Assembly: GCF_009914755.1 (NCBI RefSeq)
Contig: NC_060928.1
Source: the human T2T-CHM13v2.0 reference genome, Homo sapiens
Length of the DNA: 64,000 nucleotides
Direction: 5' to 3' (one strand)
A program made the translations under genes and the position numbers. Shown piece by piece: positions 36,363 to 48,710 of the stretch (position 1 is its first letter; each line of letters starts with the position of its first letter). Under the pieces are notes generated by a model that was not told the DNA's origin, searched no databases, and worked only from the letters and a program-made list of their open reading frames with translations.

Positions 36363-37410
36363 CCTTCCTGGAAGAAAGAGCTGGATAGGCCTTGGACAGA
36401 CCTGGGCTTAGATTCTGGCTGTGTGACCTTGGGTGGTTAATCAACGTCTCTGGGCCTTATTTCCTTTATCCACAAAGAGGCGATGACAAAGCCTCCGCCT
36501 CCATGAGAGCAGCCATGAAGTGTCATGATCCCTGCTGAGGAAACCGAGGCTCCCAGAGGCGGACGGTGGAGAGGTGGGGCCGCACCGCTGGCTGCCTGAG
36601 TCCTGGAGCCCCGGACACCCTTCAGTGCAGCGAGGGTCTGCCGCCATGCCCCAGGGTCTCCTTGGAGGCTAGAAGTTGTCTGTTTCTCACCCCTGGTGTT
36701 ACATTGAACCAAAGATGGCACCACAGCCCACGGGCGTAACTTTTTATATTTTTAAGTTGGATACATGGAGCTACTTGGCGTTTGCTTCCATCACATCGTT
36801 GAGGAAAGAGGTGGTTGCTTATGGTACCCCTGTTTTTACTGCAACCTGCAATGGATGAGAACCTCCCTGTTGCAGAGAGCAAAACACTGAACTAAATTGT
36901 GCTGTAACACAGCCCTGTGTTGGGGGATTGGGAGTGATCATGCAAACGCTTGCAAATTTGCACAGTGACAGAGACAATCGTTTGGGCAGCTGTTCACTAT
37001 ATGAAAAGGCAATTGACCAAAAGTCAGTTACTGAGCTATCTCAATATGTTCATTTTATTTTAACTTTTGGCAGCAGGCTGCAATTAAAGGAGAGAAAGAA
37101 AACAAAGTGATAAGTGTAAGATAATGTACACACATGTGTAAAAGAAAATGACAAGACAGGATGACTATTTGTCTCTTGGTTAGCTCCTTGGGCTCTATGT
37201 CTCCTTCCTCAGAGAACCTCGTTTTCCTTTGTCCAAATTTGTTAGGGTGGATAATCCACGCGCCTGCTCCCCCATGATGGAAGCCAAAGACGTCCCTGGA
37301 GCCGCCTCCCGCTGCACCCTTTCCTGCACTGCCCACATGGACACAACTCAGCTGATTAGACTTCCTCTCAGAACTTTAGTCTTGAGCAAAGGAATTAAAG
37401 GGTGAAGTGA

Positions 37411-37799
<389 letters not shown>

Positions 37800-38736
37800 T
37801 TCAAAAAGTTTTAAGCAGAGCTCAGAGGTCTTAACCACAGGCACATGGAAGGAGCATTTTTGAAACACTTTCCAGCTTCCTCAATAGGAATGGAAGCCAA
37901 ACTCCGAATTGATGACTCCTTTGAGGAAGTTGAGAGCTGTAAGGCAAGCCAGGAACAGGGGCAAGGGAGAGATGTGTCCCGAATGATCCTGTGCCGATTG
38001 TTTCTGGAATCCTCGATGTGATCTCAGCTGCTCTTTCTATACATGACACAGTGATTGCGGCACCCACTGGTCTAGCTGTGGTCTACAAGGAACCCCCAAA
38101 GGGAAGGGCACAGTGAGAAGGGGCATCGGCCTGAGTGACAAGGATTTGAGAGGGCAGGTTGGATGCAGGGAGACGACTGGCCCAATGCCATGTGTCTGGA
38201 CTTAGACTGCCTGGTTCAAATTGGACTTCACCCTTTTTGACTTCATGATCTGGTACAAGCTACATGAAACTCCGTTGCGCCTTTTCTAGTCTGTAAAATC
38301 ATCATGAAATGTGCACTAATAACGTGGAGACTATGCAGATGAAATGAAACCAGCTGTATAGAGCACAGAGCTCAGAGCCTGGCCTTTAGGAAGCCCTCAG
38401 TAAGGGTTCACGATGCCATGGTGTCTGTCATCATCCTCTTTATCCTCATCATCACCTTCATAATCCCTTTGTTGTTCTTAGGGAATAGTTTAGAGGGACT
38501 GATTCCCTGCTATCATGGGTGAGGAGGTGTCTATCAAAAGGACAACCAGTGGGGGAGGAAAGCAAAATTTTGAATAAGATTTCTGAGACCCCCAGCACAA
38601 CCAAGAACAGAAACTCCACAGTCTGCTGAGCACAGAGGTTGCATATTGGTCTCCTCACATCTGCCCACTGCACTCTCCTGTTTGTCCTGAGGATGAGGAA
38701 ACAAACAAGGCTCCCGACCGTCCCTCAGCACTCACT

Positions 38737-39746
38737 TGAAGGGGTGGCCTTCCCCTCCACCCCTGTGTGTATTTCTAGTCGGGTGGATGAGAGACTGAGA
38801 AAAGAAATAAGACACAGAGACAAAGTATGGAGAAACAACAGTGGGCTTAGGGGACCGGCACTCAGCATACCAAGGATCTGCACCGGCACCGGCCTTGAGT
38901 TCCCTCAGTTTTTATTGATTATTATTTTTATTATTTTAGCAAAAAAGAATGTAGTAGGAGGGCAGGGTGATAATAAGGAGAAGGTCAGCAACGAACATGT
39001 GAGCAATAGAATCTATGTCATAATGAAGTTCAAGGGAAGGTACTATGACTGGACGTGTACGTAAGCCAGATTGATGTTTCTCTCCACCCAAACATCTCAG
39101 TGGAGTAAAGAATAACAAGGCAGCATTGCTGCAAACATGTCTCACCTCCCACCATAGGGCGGTTTTTCCCCCATCTCAGAATTGAACAAATGTACAATCG
39201 GGTTTTATACCGAGACATTCAGTTCCCAGGGTCAGGCAGGAGACAGCGGCCTTCCTCTCTCTCAACTGCAAGAGGCTTTCCTGTTTGACTAATCCACCTC
39301 AGCACAGACCCTTTACTGGTGTCGGGCTCGGGGACGGTCAGGTCTTTCTCATCTCATGAGACCATATTTCAGACTATCACATGGGGAGAAACCTTGGACA
39401 ATACGCCGCTTTCAAGGGCAGGGCTCCCTGTGGCTTTCCACAGTGTATTGTGCCCCTGGTTTATTGACACTAGAGAATGGCGATGACTTTTACCAAGTAT
39501 ACTGCTTGGAAACATCTTGTTAACAAGGCGCGTCCTGCACAGCCCTAGATCCCTTAAACCTTGATTTCATACAACACATGTTTTTGTGAGCTTCAGGTTG
39601 GGTCAAAGTGGCTGGGGTAAAGCTACACATTAACAACATCTCAGCAAAGCAATTGTTGAAAGTACCGGTCTTTCTCAAAATGGAGTCTCTTCTGTCTTTC
39701 CTTTCTACATAGACACAGTAACAGTCTGATCTCTCTTTTGCTTACA
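38737..39746 (-). mobile_element. HERV-K(HML-2) LTR5A solo LTR, copy 1
   Basis: Reverse complement begins tgtaagcaaaagagagatcagactgttactgtgtctatgtagaaagg and ends ggccaccccttca; 1010 bp; TATAAAA at 39203-39209 (minus); exact 6-bp TSD ctcact at 38731-38736 and 39747-39752. Confidence 0.9.
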
Positions 39747-40305
39747 CTCACTGAACTGCCCTTCCCCTCTGCTGGGCCATGACCACGGAGAACAGGTCCA
39801 CTGTCCTCCCTGTGTGGTGCACCATGGATGCTCAGACTCCGCCCTCGAGGCCGGCAACAAGACAGGGTGAGACATGAGGCTCCTGATGTAGGTGACGGGA
39901 GTGGAGCCCACAGGACTGGAACCTCACACTGCAGGGCTGGAGGCACAGACTATTTACTATTCTGTGGTCTGGGGGGCTCAAGGCACAGAGCTCCTTATTA
40001 GCCAAAGTCACCCAAGTTCCCCAACCTCTAAGGATTTCCTCATAATAATGCAAGAAGAAGAAGAGAAAAGTGAGTGTCCATAGAAGCTTTGGGGCTCTTC
40101 CTCTAATCAGGAGAAAGCTGGTGTGTATTCTTCGCTTCTTTCTTTTCTTTGTAAACATCCAACTGCTTTAATTTTCATCTTTTATTATGGGAAAATATAC
40201 CACGTATAAATATTAAAAATTATAAATATATTAGTTCATACAGAATGGCCACTATAAACATTTACAGTTTCCACTCTTTTTCAGTTTACAGTTTCATGAC
40301 ATTAA

Positions 40306-40790
<485 letters not shown>

Positions 40791-40877
40791 GTGTTTATCC
40801 TTTTGTATTTATTTATTTCACTGACGATGTTTTCAAGGTTCATCCATGTTGCGGCCTGCATCAGAAGTGCCTCTCTG

Positions 40878-41208
40878 TTTTTTTTGTTTGTTTGTTTGTT
40901 CGTTTGACTTTGTTTTGTTTTGTATTTCCATGGAGTCTCACTCTGTCGCACAGGCTGGAGTGCAGTGGCACAAACTGGGCTCACTGCAACCTCCACCTCC
41001 CGGGTTCCAGCCATTCTTGTGCCTCAGCCTCCTGAGTAGTAGGGGCTATAGGCACAAGCCACCACGCTCGTGTCATTTTTTGCATTTTCAGTAGAGAGAG
41101 GGTTTCACCAAGATGGCCAGGCTGGTCTTGAATTCCTGACCTCAGGTGATCCGCCCACCTCGGTCTTCCAAGACGCTGCGATTACAGGCGTCAGTCACCG
41201 CACTGGCC
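40878..41208 (-). mobile_element. AluS element (right boundary of duplicated module, copy 1)
   Basis: atggagtctcactctgtcgcacaggctggagtgcagtgg ... gacctcaggtgatccgcccacc. Confidence 0.9.
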
Positions 41209-42246
41209 AGTAGTGCCTGCCTTTTGAAGGCTGAATAGTCTTCCATTGTATGAAGGAACTGCAGTGTGCTTTTTCATTCATCTGTCCACGAACCCTTGGG
41301 TTGCTTCCACATTTCAGCTGTTGTGAATAATGCTGCTATGAATATGGGTGTACACAAATCTGTCTTCCACTCCTAGCTTCTAATTCTTTTTGGTAGGAAC
41401 CCACAAATGCAACTGCGGGAACATCTGATCATTCTGTTTCTAATTTTTCCAGTACACGCCATACTATTTTCCCCGTTCCTTCATGGTTTTACATTCCCTC
41501 CGATCATATTCGAGCATTGCTACTTCCCTCTGGTCTCACCAATGCCTGTTTGTTTATAATATGCATCCTAATATGTGGTATCACATTCTTGGTTTGATTT
41601 GTGCTTCCCTATGATGACTGATTTTGAATATCATTTTAGATGCTTATTGGCCATTGCTATATCTTCTTCAGGAAGACGTCTACTCGAGTCTTCTGACCAT
41701 TGTTGATGGGATGCTTTGGGTGTCTTGGTGTTTAGTTCTAGCTGTTCTTTATATATGATGGATATCAGCCTCTTTTCAGATATATGCTCTGCAAATATTT
41801 TTCCTAATCCATGGGTTATCTTTTCACTCAGTTCAGTGTTTTTTTGCTGCACAAAAGTGTCTGTCATTTAGATGTAATCCAAGGAATCTAATTTTCTTTT
41901 GTTGCCTATGCTTTTGGTGTCATATCCCAGAGAACATTGCCCAATCTGATGTCACGAAAGTGTGGCCAATGTTTTCTTTTAGGCGTATGATACTTTTAGC
42001 GCTTGGGGTGAGGTATTTGATCCAGTTTGTGTGAATTTTTGCACCTGGTGTGACATAGGGTCCACCTTCATTCTTCTGCATGTGGAAATCAAGTTTCTCC
42101 AACACCATTTCTTGAAAAGGCTGCTTTTCCACCAATGAGCTTTCTTAGCACTCATGTGAAAAATCATTGGAACATATAGGTGAGAAGTTATTTCTGGGCT
42201 CAAAAACAAACAAACAACAACAGACAACAGATAAGGATACAGCATG

Positions 42247-42555
<309 letters not shown>

Positions 42556-42837
42556 CAGCATGATTTCAAGAGCAGAAAGATAAGAGCTTAAAAACCAGCA
42601 TAATGAGAAAGTTAGGAAGCTTCTTACCAAAGCATCTGGAAATATGCAAGCAATTCTTGTGAACTAAAATTTTCATACTGTACTATCAAACACTAGAACT
42701 CACTTATTCCATCTTTCTCTATTTTGGGACCCAATTATCCACTTGTCTTCATTCCCTATCCCACCCCTTGTCTTCCTAGCGTCTGCTAACCACCTTTATA
42801 CTTTCCACCTTCCTGAGATTCCTTTTGTGTGTAGGTG

Positions 42838-43121
42838 TGTGATGGAGTCTCTTTCTGTTGCCCAGGTTGGAGTACGCAGGCACAATCCGGGCTCACTGCA
42901 AGCTCTGCCTCCCGAGTTCAAGCCCTTCTTGGGCCTCAGCCCTCCAAGTAGCTGAGACTACAGGCACGCGTCACCACGCCAGGCTCATTGTTTGTGTTTT
43001 CCGTAGAGACGGGGTTTCACCATGTTGGCCAGGCGGGTCTCGAACTCCTGGACTCAAGTGATCCGTGCGACTCGGCCTCCCGGAGTGCTGGGATTACAGG
43101 CCTGAGCCACCACACCTGGCC
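42838..43121 (-). mobile_element. Alu element inserted in an L1 3' end relic (~42640-43290)
   Basis: atggagtctctttctgttgcccagg ... gtgctgggattacaggcctgagccaccacacctggcc. Confidence 0.9.
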
Positions 43122-43490
43122 AAGGTTTCCTTTTTTCTTCCTACATAGAAGTGAGGACATGAAATATTTGTCATTCTGTGCCTGGCTTATTTCATTTAAT
43201 ATACAGACCTGCAATCTCATCCATTTTGTCTGCAGCAGAGAGGAGTTTCTTCCTTTTTAGGCTGAACAATACTTCACTGGGTGTGTATACCCCAGTTTCT
43301 TCATTGAAACAAATTTCTGAAGAGCAAATATTTTTAAAATGTCTCAGAATGTGAAACTTCAGGGATACTCTGCCCATTTTGTTCTTTTCTATTTCCCATC
43401 TTATGTATATGCAAGTGTATAACAAAGCAGCAATCAATGTGTGTATAAATCTATAACTTCAACAAATGTAAAATGTAAATGCTTAGTGGT

Positions 43491-43904
<414 letters not shown>

Positions 43905-44216
43905 TTACAATTAATTTCTGTTCTTACTCATTGGAGCTTGATGCCTCTAAAAACTTCATCATTGGAACCACCTGTGGTGCTTTAAAAGAAAAAAAAAAAA
44001 AAATCCATATACTCACACAGGTGCAAGGAAATCAGAATCTCAGGTATTGAGACCCAGGCCTCATCATTTGTAAGCTCCCCAGGTGATTGGACTCAAAGCC
44101 AAGATTGAGGAATGGCGACATGGATCTCTACACATAACCTGCCTAAATAGATTCTCTAGAAGCAGTTTATAAAGAAATTCCACATGAACTGTGGAAGAGG
44201 ATATGAATTTGATGTA

Positions 44217-44358
44217 CAGTATGTCCTCACTTAACATCTTTGAAAGTCTCTTGGAAACTTCACCTTGAAGCAAAATTATGTATAGTGAAACCACTTATTT
44301 TTCATCAACAGTGTAACTACACAACTTTGAACAACCAATGGTGTTGGAGGACCTCCTG
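44217..44358 (+). mobile_element. Internally deleted Tigger3-like MITE
   Basis: cagtatgtcctc ... gaggacctcctg imperfect terminal inverted repeats with TA on both sides. Confidence 0.7.
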
Positions 44359-44666
44359 TACATTGTTTCCATAAAGTCAGTTTTCAGGGAATTCCAAAAT
44401 GAAGTGAGGACTTCGTGTATATAAAAAGATGGTTGTGATTCCAGCTGGATAACAGGGTTATTGCTCAGAAACTAAAAGAGGCTGCCTAGGTATAGAGGAT
44501 TCTGTCATGAGGTTTCTGCTAAACAAAGGATCCCAGAATCCTCACCCATTCCAGTGAAAGGCATAACGAAGAAAGCAATATTCACAAAGGAAATGCGGAA
44601 AGGAATAAAAGCCATCAAGCCACAAAAATAATGTGACTAAGGGGCAGGATTTGCAGATGGAGAGAT

Positions 44667-45671
44667 TTAATGCGGTTGCCCTTTCTCACCCACACAAGAA
44701 AAAGGATGGAACAGATCATGAGATTCGACTGTTCTGGGGCGCAGCCTCCGCAGGGCACTTTGTATGTCCCTGTTTCTCAGGCTGTAGATAAAAAGGTTCA
44801 GCATGGGGGTGACCACAGCGTACATCACTGATGCCACCACGCCATTCCTGGGGGGTGGTGACACAGCTGAAGTCAGGTACATGCCAATGCCTGTTCCATA
44901 AAATCAGCAAACAACTGCCAGGTGAGAGCCACAGGTGGCGAAGGCTTTATACTTCCCATCTGACGATGAAATCCTGAGAATGTAGGGGACGATTTTATAG
45001 TAAGACCAAAGGATCCCTGAAATGGGAAGAAAACCAAACATAGTACTATCGAAATATATGAATATGCTATTGATGACGCTGTCAGAACAGGCAAGTTTGA
45101 GAAGTTGAGAGGGGTCACAGACAAAATTAGAGACTTCCACATTCTTGATGATGGTGAATTGTAACACAATCCAGCTATGCAGCTGGGAATCCAACAGGCT
45201 AAGGAAAAAGGACACCAAAACGAAGAAGACACAGAGGTGAGGATTCACGATGACTGGGTAGTGCAGAGGATGACAGATGGCTACAAAGCAGTCATAGGCC
45301 ATCACAGTCAGGAACATGTCTTCTATACATGCAAAAAGGACCAAGAAAGACATCTGCGTCAGGCAGCCCGCATGAGAGATGACTCTGCTATGCGACTGCA
45401 TTCCACAATCATCTTGGGAACCGTGGCCGAGGTGAAACCGATGTCAGCCCAGCACAGGTTGGAGAGGAAGAAGTACATGGGGTTGTGGAGGGGGGAGTCA
45501 GAGCGGACAGCCAGGATGCTGAGCAGGTTCCTCAGCACCGTGACCAGGTACATGGACAGGGACAGGGACAGCAAAGCGAGGACCGGCTGCAGTTCTGGAT
45601 CCTCTGAGAGTCCCAGGAGGAGGAATTCTCAGACACCTGTGAGATTCTGTGGCTCTGTGTGTCTTGAACAC
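44667..45671 (-). pseudogene. Olfactory receptor family 7E pseudogene, copy 1
   Basis: OR motifs [49 protein letters not shown]; 7E-type N-terminus ([23 protein letters not shown]) after a splice acceptor at 45671; stops at 45629-45631 and 44904-44906; frameshift near 45405. Specific OR7E member not identifiable. Confidence 0.95.
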
Positions 45672-46305
45672 CTTGAGAAGGAAAGAGTATTGGAAAAATA
45701 AAAGATAAAAACCAGCCCTTAATGCTGGATGCAAGCAATTCACAAGGAACATCTTCACACTTGCGGACCATACACCGCCAGCAATGTTTCTCAGTTGTGA
45801 CAATTCCAAAAATCTCAGAATTATTACGTGATTTACTTTTTTGCTATACAAGGCTTTCTGTACATACTACTTTAGAGAAAATCCACTGAAGAATATTAGA
45901 AGACCAAAACGTCATATATAACAAATCCGTGATCTCAGTAAAATATGGCCTACTCTTTTCAGAAAAAATACAATGCAATGACAATGTCTTTCTCTCTTTA
46001 AGAAAAAGACCTCAGTCTAATTGAAAGGAATTAAGAAGCCGTGAAATACACTCTACTTTATTCTGACACCGTGCTACAACTTCCATTGATGTAGAATATG
46101 TAAAAGGACAACACAAGAGCTAGGACCCCATTATCTGAAAACGACATCGAACCTTATAGTTCTCAATCGGAAGACCTTTTCACATGCCTGTTACTTTTCG
46201 TATTTATTATCATCCTTCGGTTTTCTGACATCATTTCTTCATAAAAGTACATGCACGCTCAAAGATGGGAGCTGGGTTTCCAAATGAATTGAATCTATAA
46301 CTCTT

Positions 46306-46521
46306 GGCCCAGCACCATGGCTCACACCTGTAATCCCAGCATTTTGGGCGGCCGAGGTTGATGGATCACCTGAGGTTAGGAGTTCCAGACCAGCCTGGCC
46401 AATGTGGTGAAACTCCGTCTCCAGTGAAAATAAAAAAACATTAGCCGGGTGTGGTGCGGGCAACCCTAGCTACTCGGGAGGCTGAAGCAGGAGAATCCCT
46501 TAGAACGTGGAAGGCAGAGAT
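46306..46521 (+). mobile_element. 3'-truncated Alu fused to the satellite
   Basis: ggcccagcaccatggctcacacctgtaatcccagc ... ggaaggcagagatt, then satellite with no Alu tail. Confidence 0.9.
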
Positions 46522-48710
46522 TGGACACCCTGTGATAGGATTTTTGATATCCTAGGGAGATATTGCTCCTGACAGCAGAGTGGGCGTACACCCTGTGATA
46601 TTATTTGTAATATCCTAGGAAGATATTGCTCCTAATATCACGGTGGCTGTACACCCTGTGATCTTAATTGTAATATCCTACAGAGATATTACTCCTAATA
46701 ATACAGTGGGTGTACACCCTGTGATATTATTCATAATATATTACAGAGATACGACTCCTGATATCACAGTGAGTGTACACCATGTTGGTACACCCTGTGA
46801 TCTTATTTGTAACAACTTAGAAAAATATTACAGCTAATATCAAAGTGGGTGTACACCCTGCGATGTTATTTGTTATCTACTAGGTAGATATTACTCCTAA
46901 TATCACAGTAAGTATACACCATGTGTGTACAGACTGTGAAATTATTCGTAATACCCTAGGAAGATATTACTCCTCATATCACAGTGGGGGTACACCGTGA
47001 GTGATATTTTTTTTCTAATATCCAGCGGGGGAGAGGATGATATTGCTTCCAATATCACAGAAGGTGTACACCCCCCTGAGATTTTGTTCCTAATATCCAG
47101 GGAAGGAGAGGATGACATTATTCGCAATATCACTGGGGGTGTACCACCTCCCGCCGGGATATTGTTCTTAATATCCGGATGTGGAGAGAATGATGTTACT
47201 CCCAATGTCACAGGGGGTGTACACCACCCCTGTTTGTAAACATTTCCTGTGATATTGTTCCAAATGGCCTGTGAAAGAGTAAACATGACTCCCATTATCG
47301 CGGGGGGTGTTCAGCCCTGATGATATTGTTTTCTAACATCCAGGGAAGGAGAGTATGCTATTACTCCCAATATCGCAGGGGTTGTACACCCTTTTGTGTT
47401 TTTGTGCCCAATATCCAGGAAAATAGAGGATGATGTTACTCCCAATGTCGAAGTAATTGTACAGCACCCCTGTGATATTCTCCTAATATCCAGAAAGGAA
47501 AAGAATGATATTACTCCCAAAAGTGTAGCAAACGTATACCCGCGCTGTGGTATCTTTCCCAGTATCCAGGTGGGGAGAGGATCATATTACTTCCAATGTC
47601 ACAAGGTGTGTACACCCCCTCTGTGATCTCGTTGCTAACATCCAGGTTTGGGGAGGACGACATTACTCCCAATATCGCAGGTGGAGTACACCCCCCCATG
47701 ACCTTGTTAGTCATTTCCTGGGTGGAGAGGATGATCTTACTCCCAAAATCGCAGGCGGTGAACACACCCCTGTGAAAATCTTCCTATTTTCAGAGGGAGA
47801 GAGGATGGTATTACTCCCAGTATCGCAGGGGGTTTCCACAGCCCTGTGATACTCTTCCTAATAACCACAGGGAGAGAGGATGATATGACTCCCAATATCG
47901 CAGGGGGTGTACACAACCCTGTGATATTGTTCCTAATATCCAGAGCGAAAGAGGATGATATGACTCTTAATATCGCAGAGGGTGTACACCCCTCCTGTAA
48001 TATTGTTCTGTATACCCTGGGAGGGAGAGGATAAGGTTACGTTGAATATCACAGGGAATGTACACCCTCCCCCTCTGATACACTTCCTCATGTCCAGGGG
48101 AAGAGAGGAAAATTTCACTCCCAATATCACAGAGGCAGTACACCCCACCTGTGATGTTGTCACCAATATGCAAGGGGGGAGAGGATGATACTACTCTCAA
48201 TATCGCAGGGCTGTTCACATCCCCAGGGACATTTTTTCCCAGTATCTAGGGGAGAGACAATTATATGACAGCAAAGGTCGCAGGGTCTGTACATCCCTTC
48301 CTGATATTGTTCCTAATATCCAGGGGGAAAGAGGATGTTATGAAACATGAAAGGGGGTGTACATCCCCCACCCCTACGATATTGTTCTTAATAATCATGA
48401 GGGGAGAGGATAATATTACTCCAAATATCGCAGGGATTGTTCACCCTTTTGTGTTTTTGTGCCCAATATCCAGGAAAATAGAGGATGATGTTATTCCCAA
48501 TGTCGAAGTAATTGTACAGCACCCCTGTGATATTCTCCCTAATATCCAGAAAGGAAAAGAAAGATATTACTCTCAAAAGCGTAGGAAATGTATACCCGCG
48601 CTGTGGTATCTTTCCCAGTATCCAGGTGGGGAGAGGATCATATTACTTCCCATGTCGCAGGGTGTGTACACCCCCTCTGTGATCTCGTTGCTAACATCCA
48701 GGTTTGGGGA
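46522..48710. repeat. SATR1/SATR2-like satellite, left block (63-bp units to ~46995, then ~75-bp units)
   Basis: Period 63 (46561, 46624, 46687) and period 75 (47033, 47108); units share tattactcc.aatatc.cag..ggtgtacaccc.gtgatatt. Family name is from recall of OR7E-associated satellites. Confidence 0.85.

Noticed and set aside
44667-45671. Intact olfactory receptor
   Set aside because: Two in-frame stops, a frameshift and an altered MAYDRF motif; the second OR is more damaged still.
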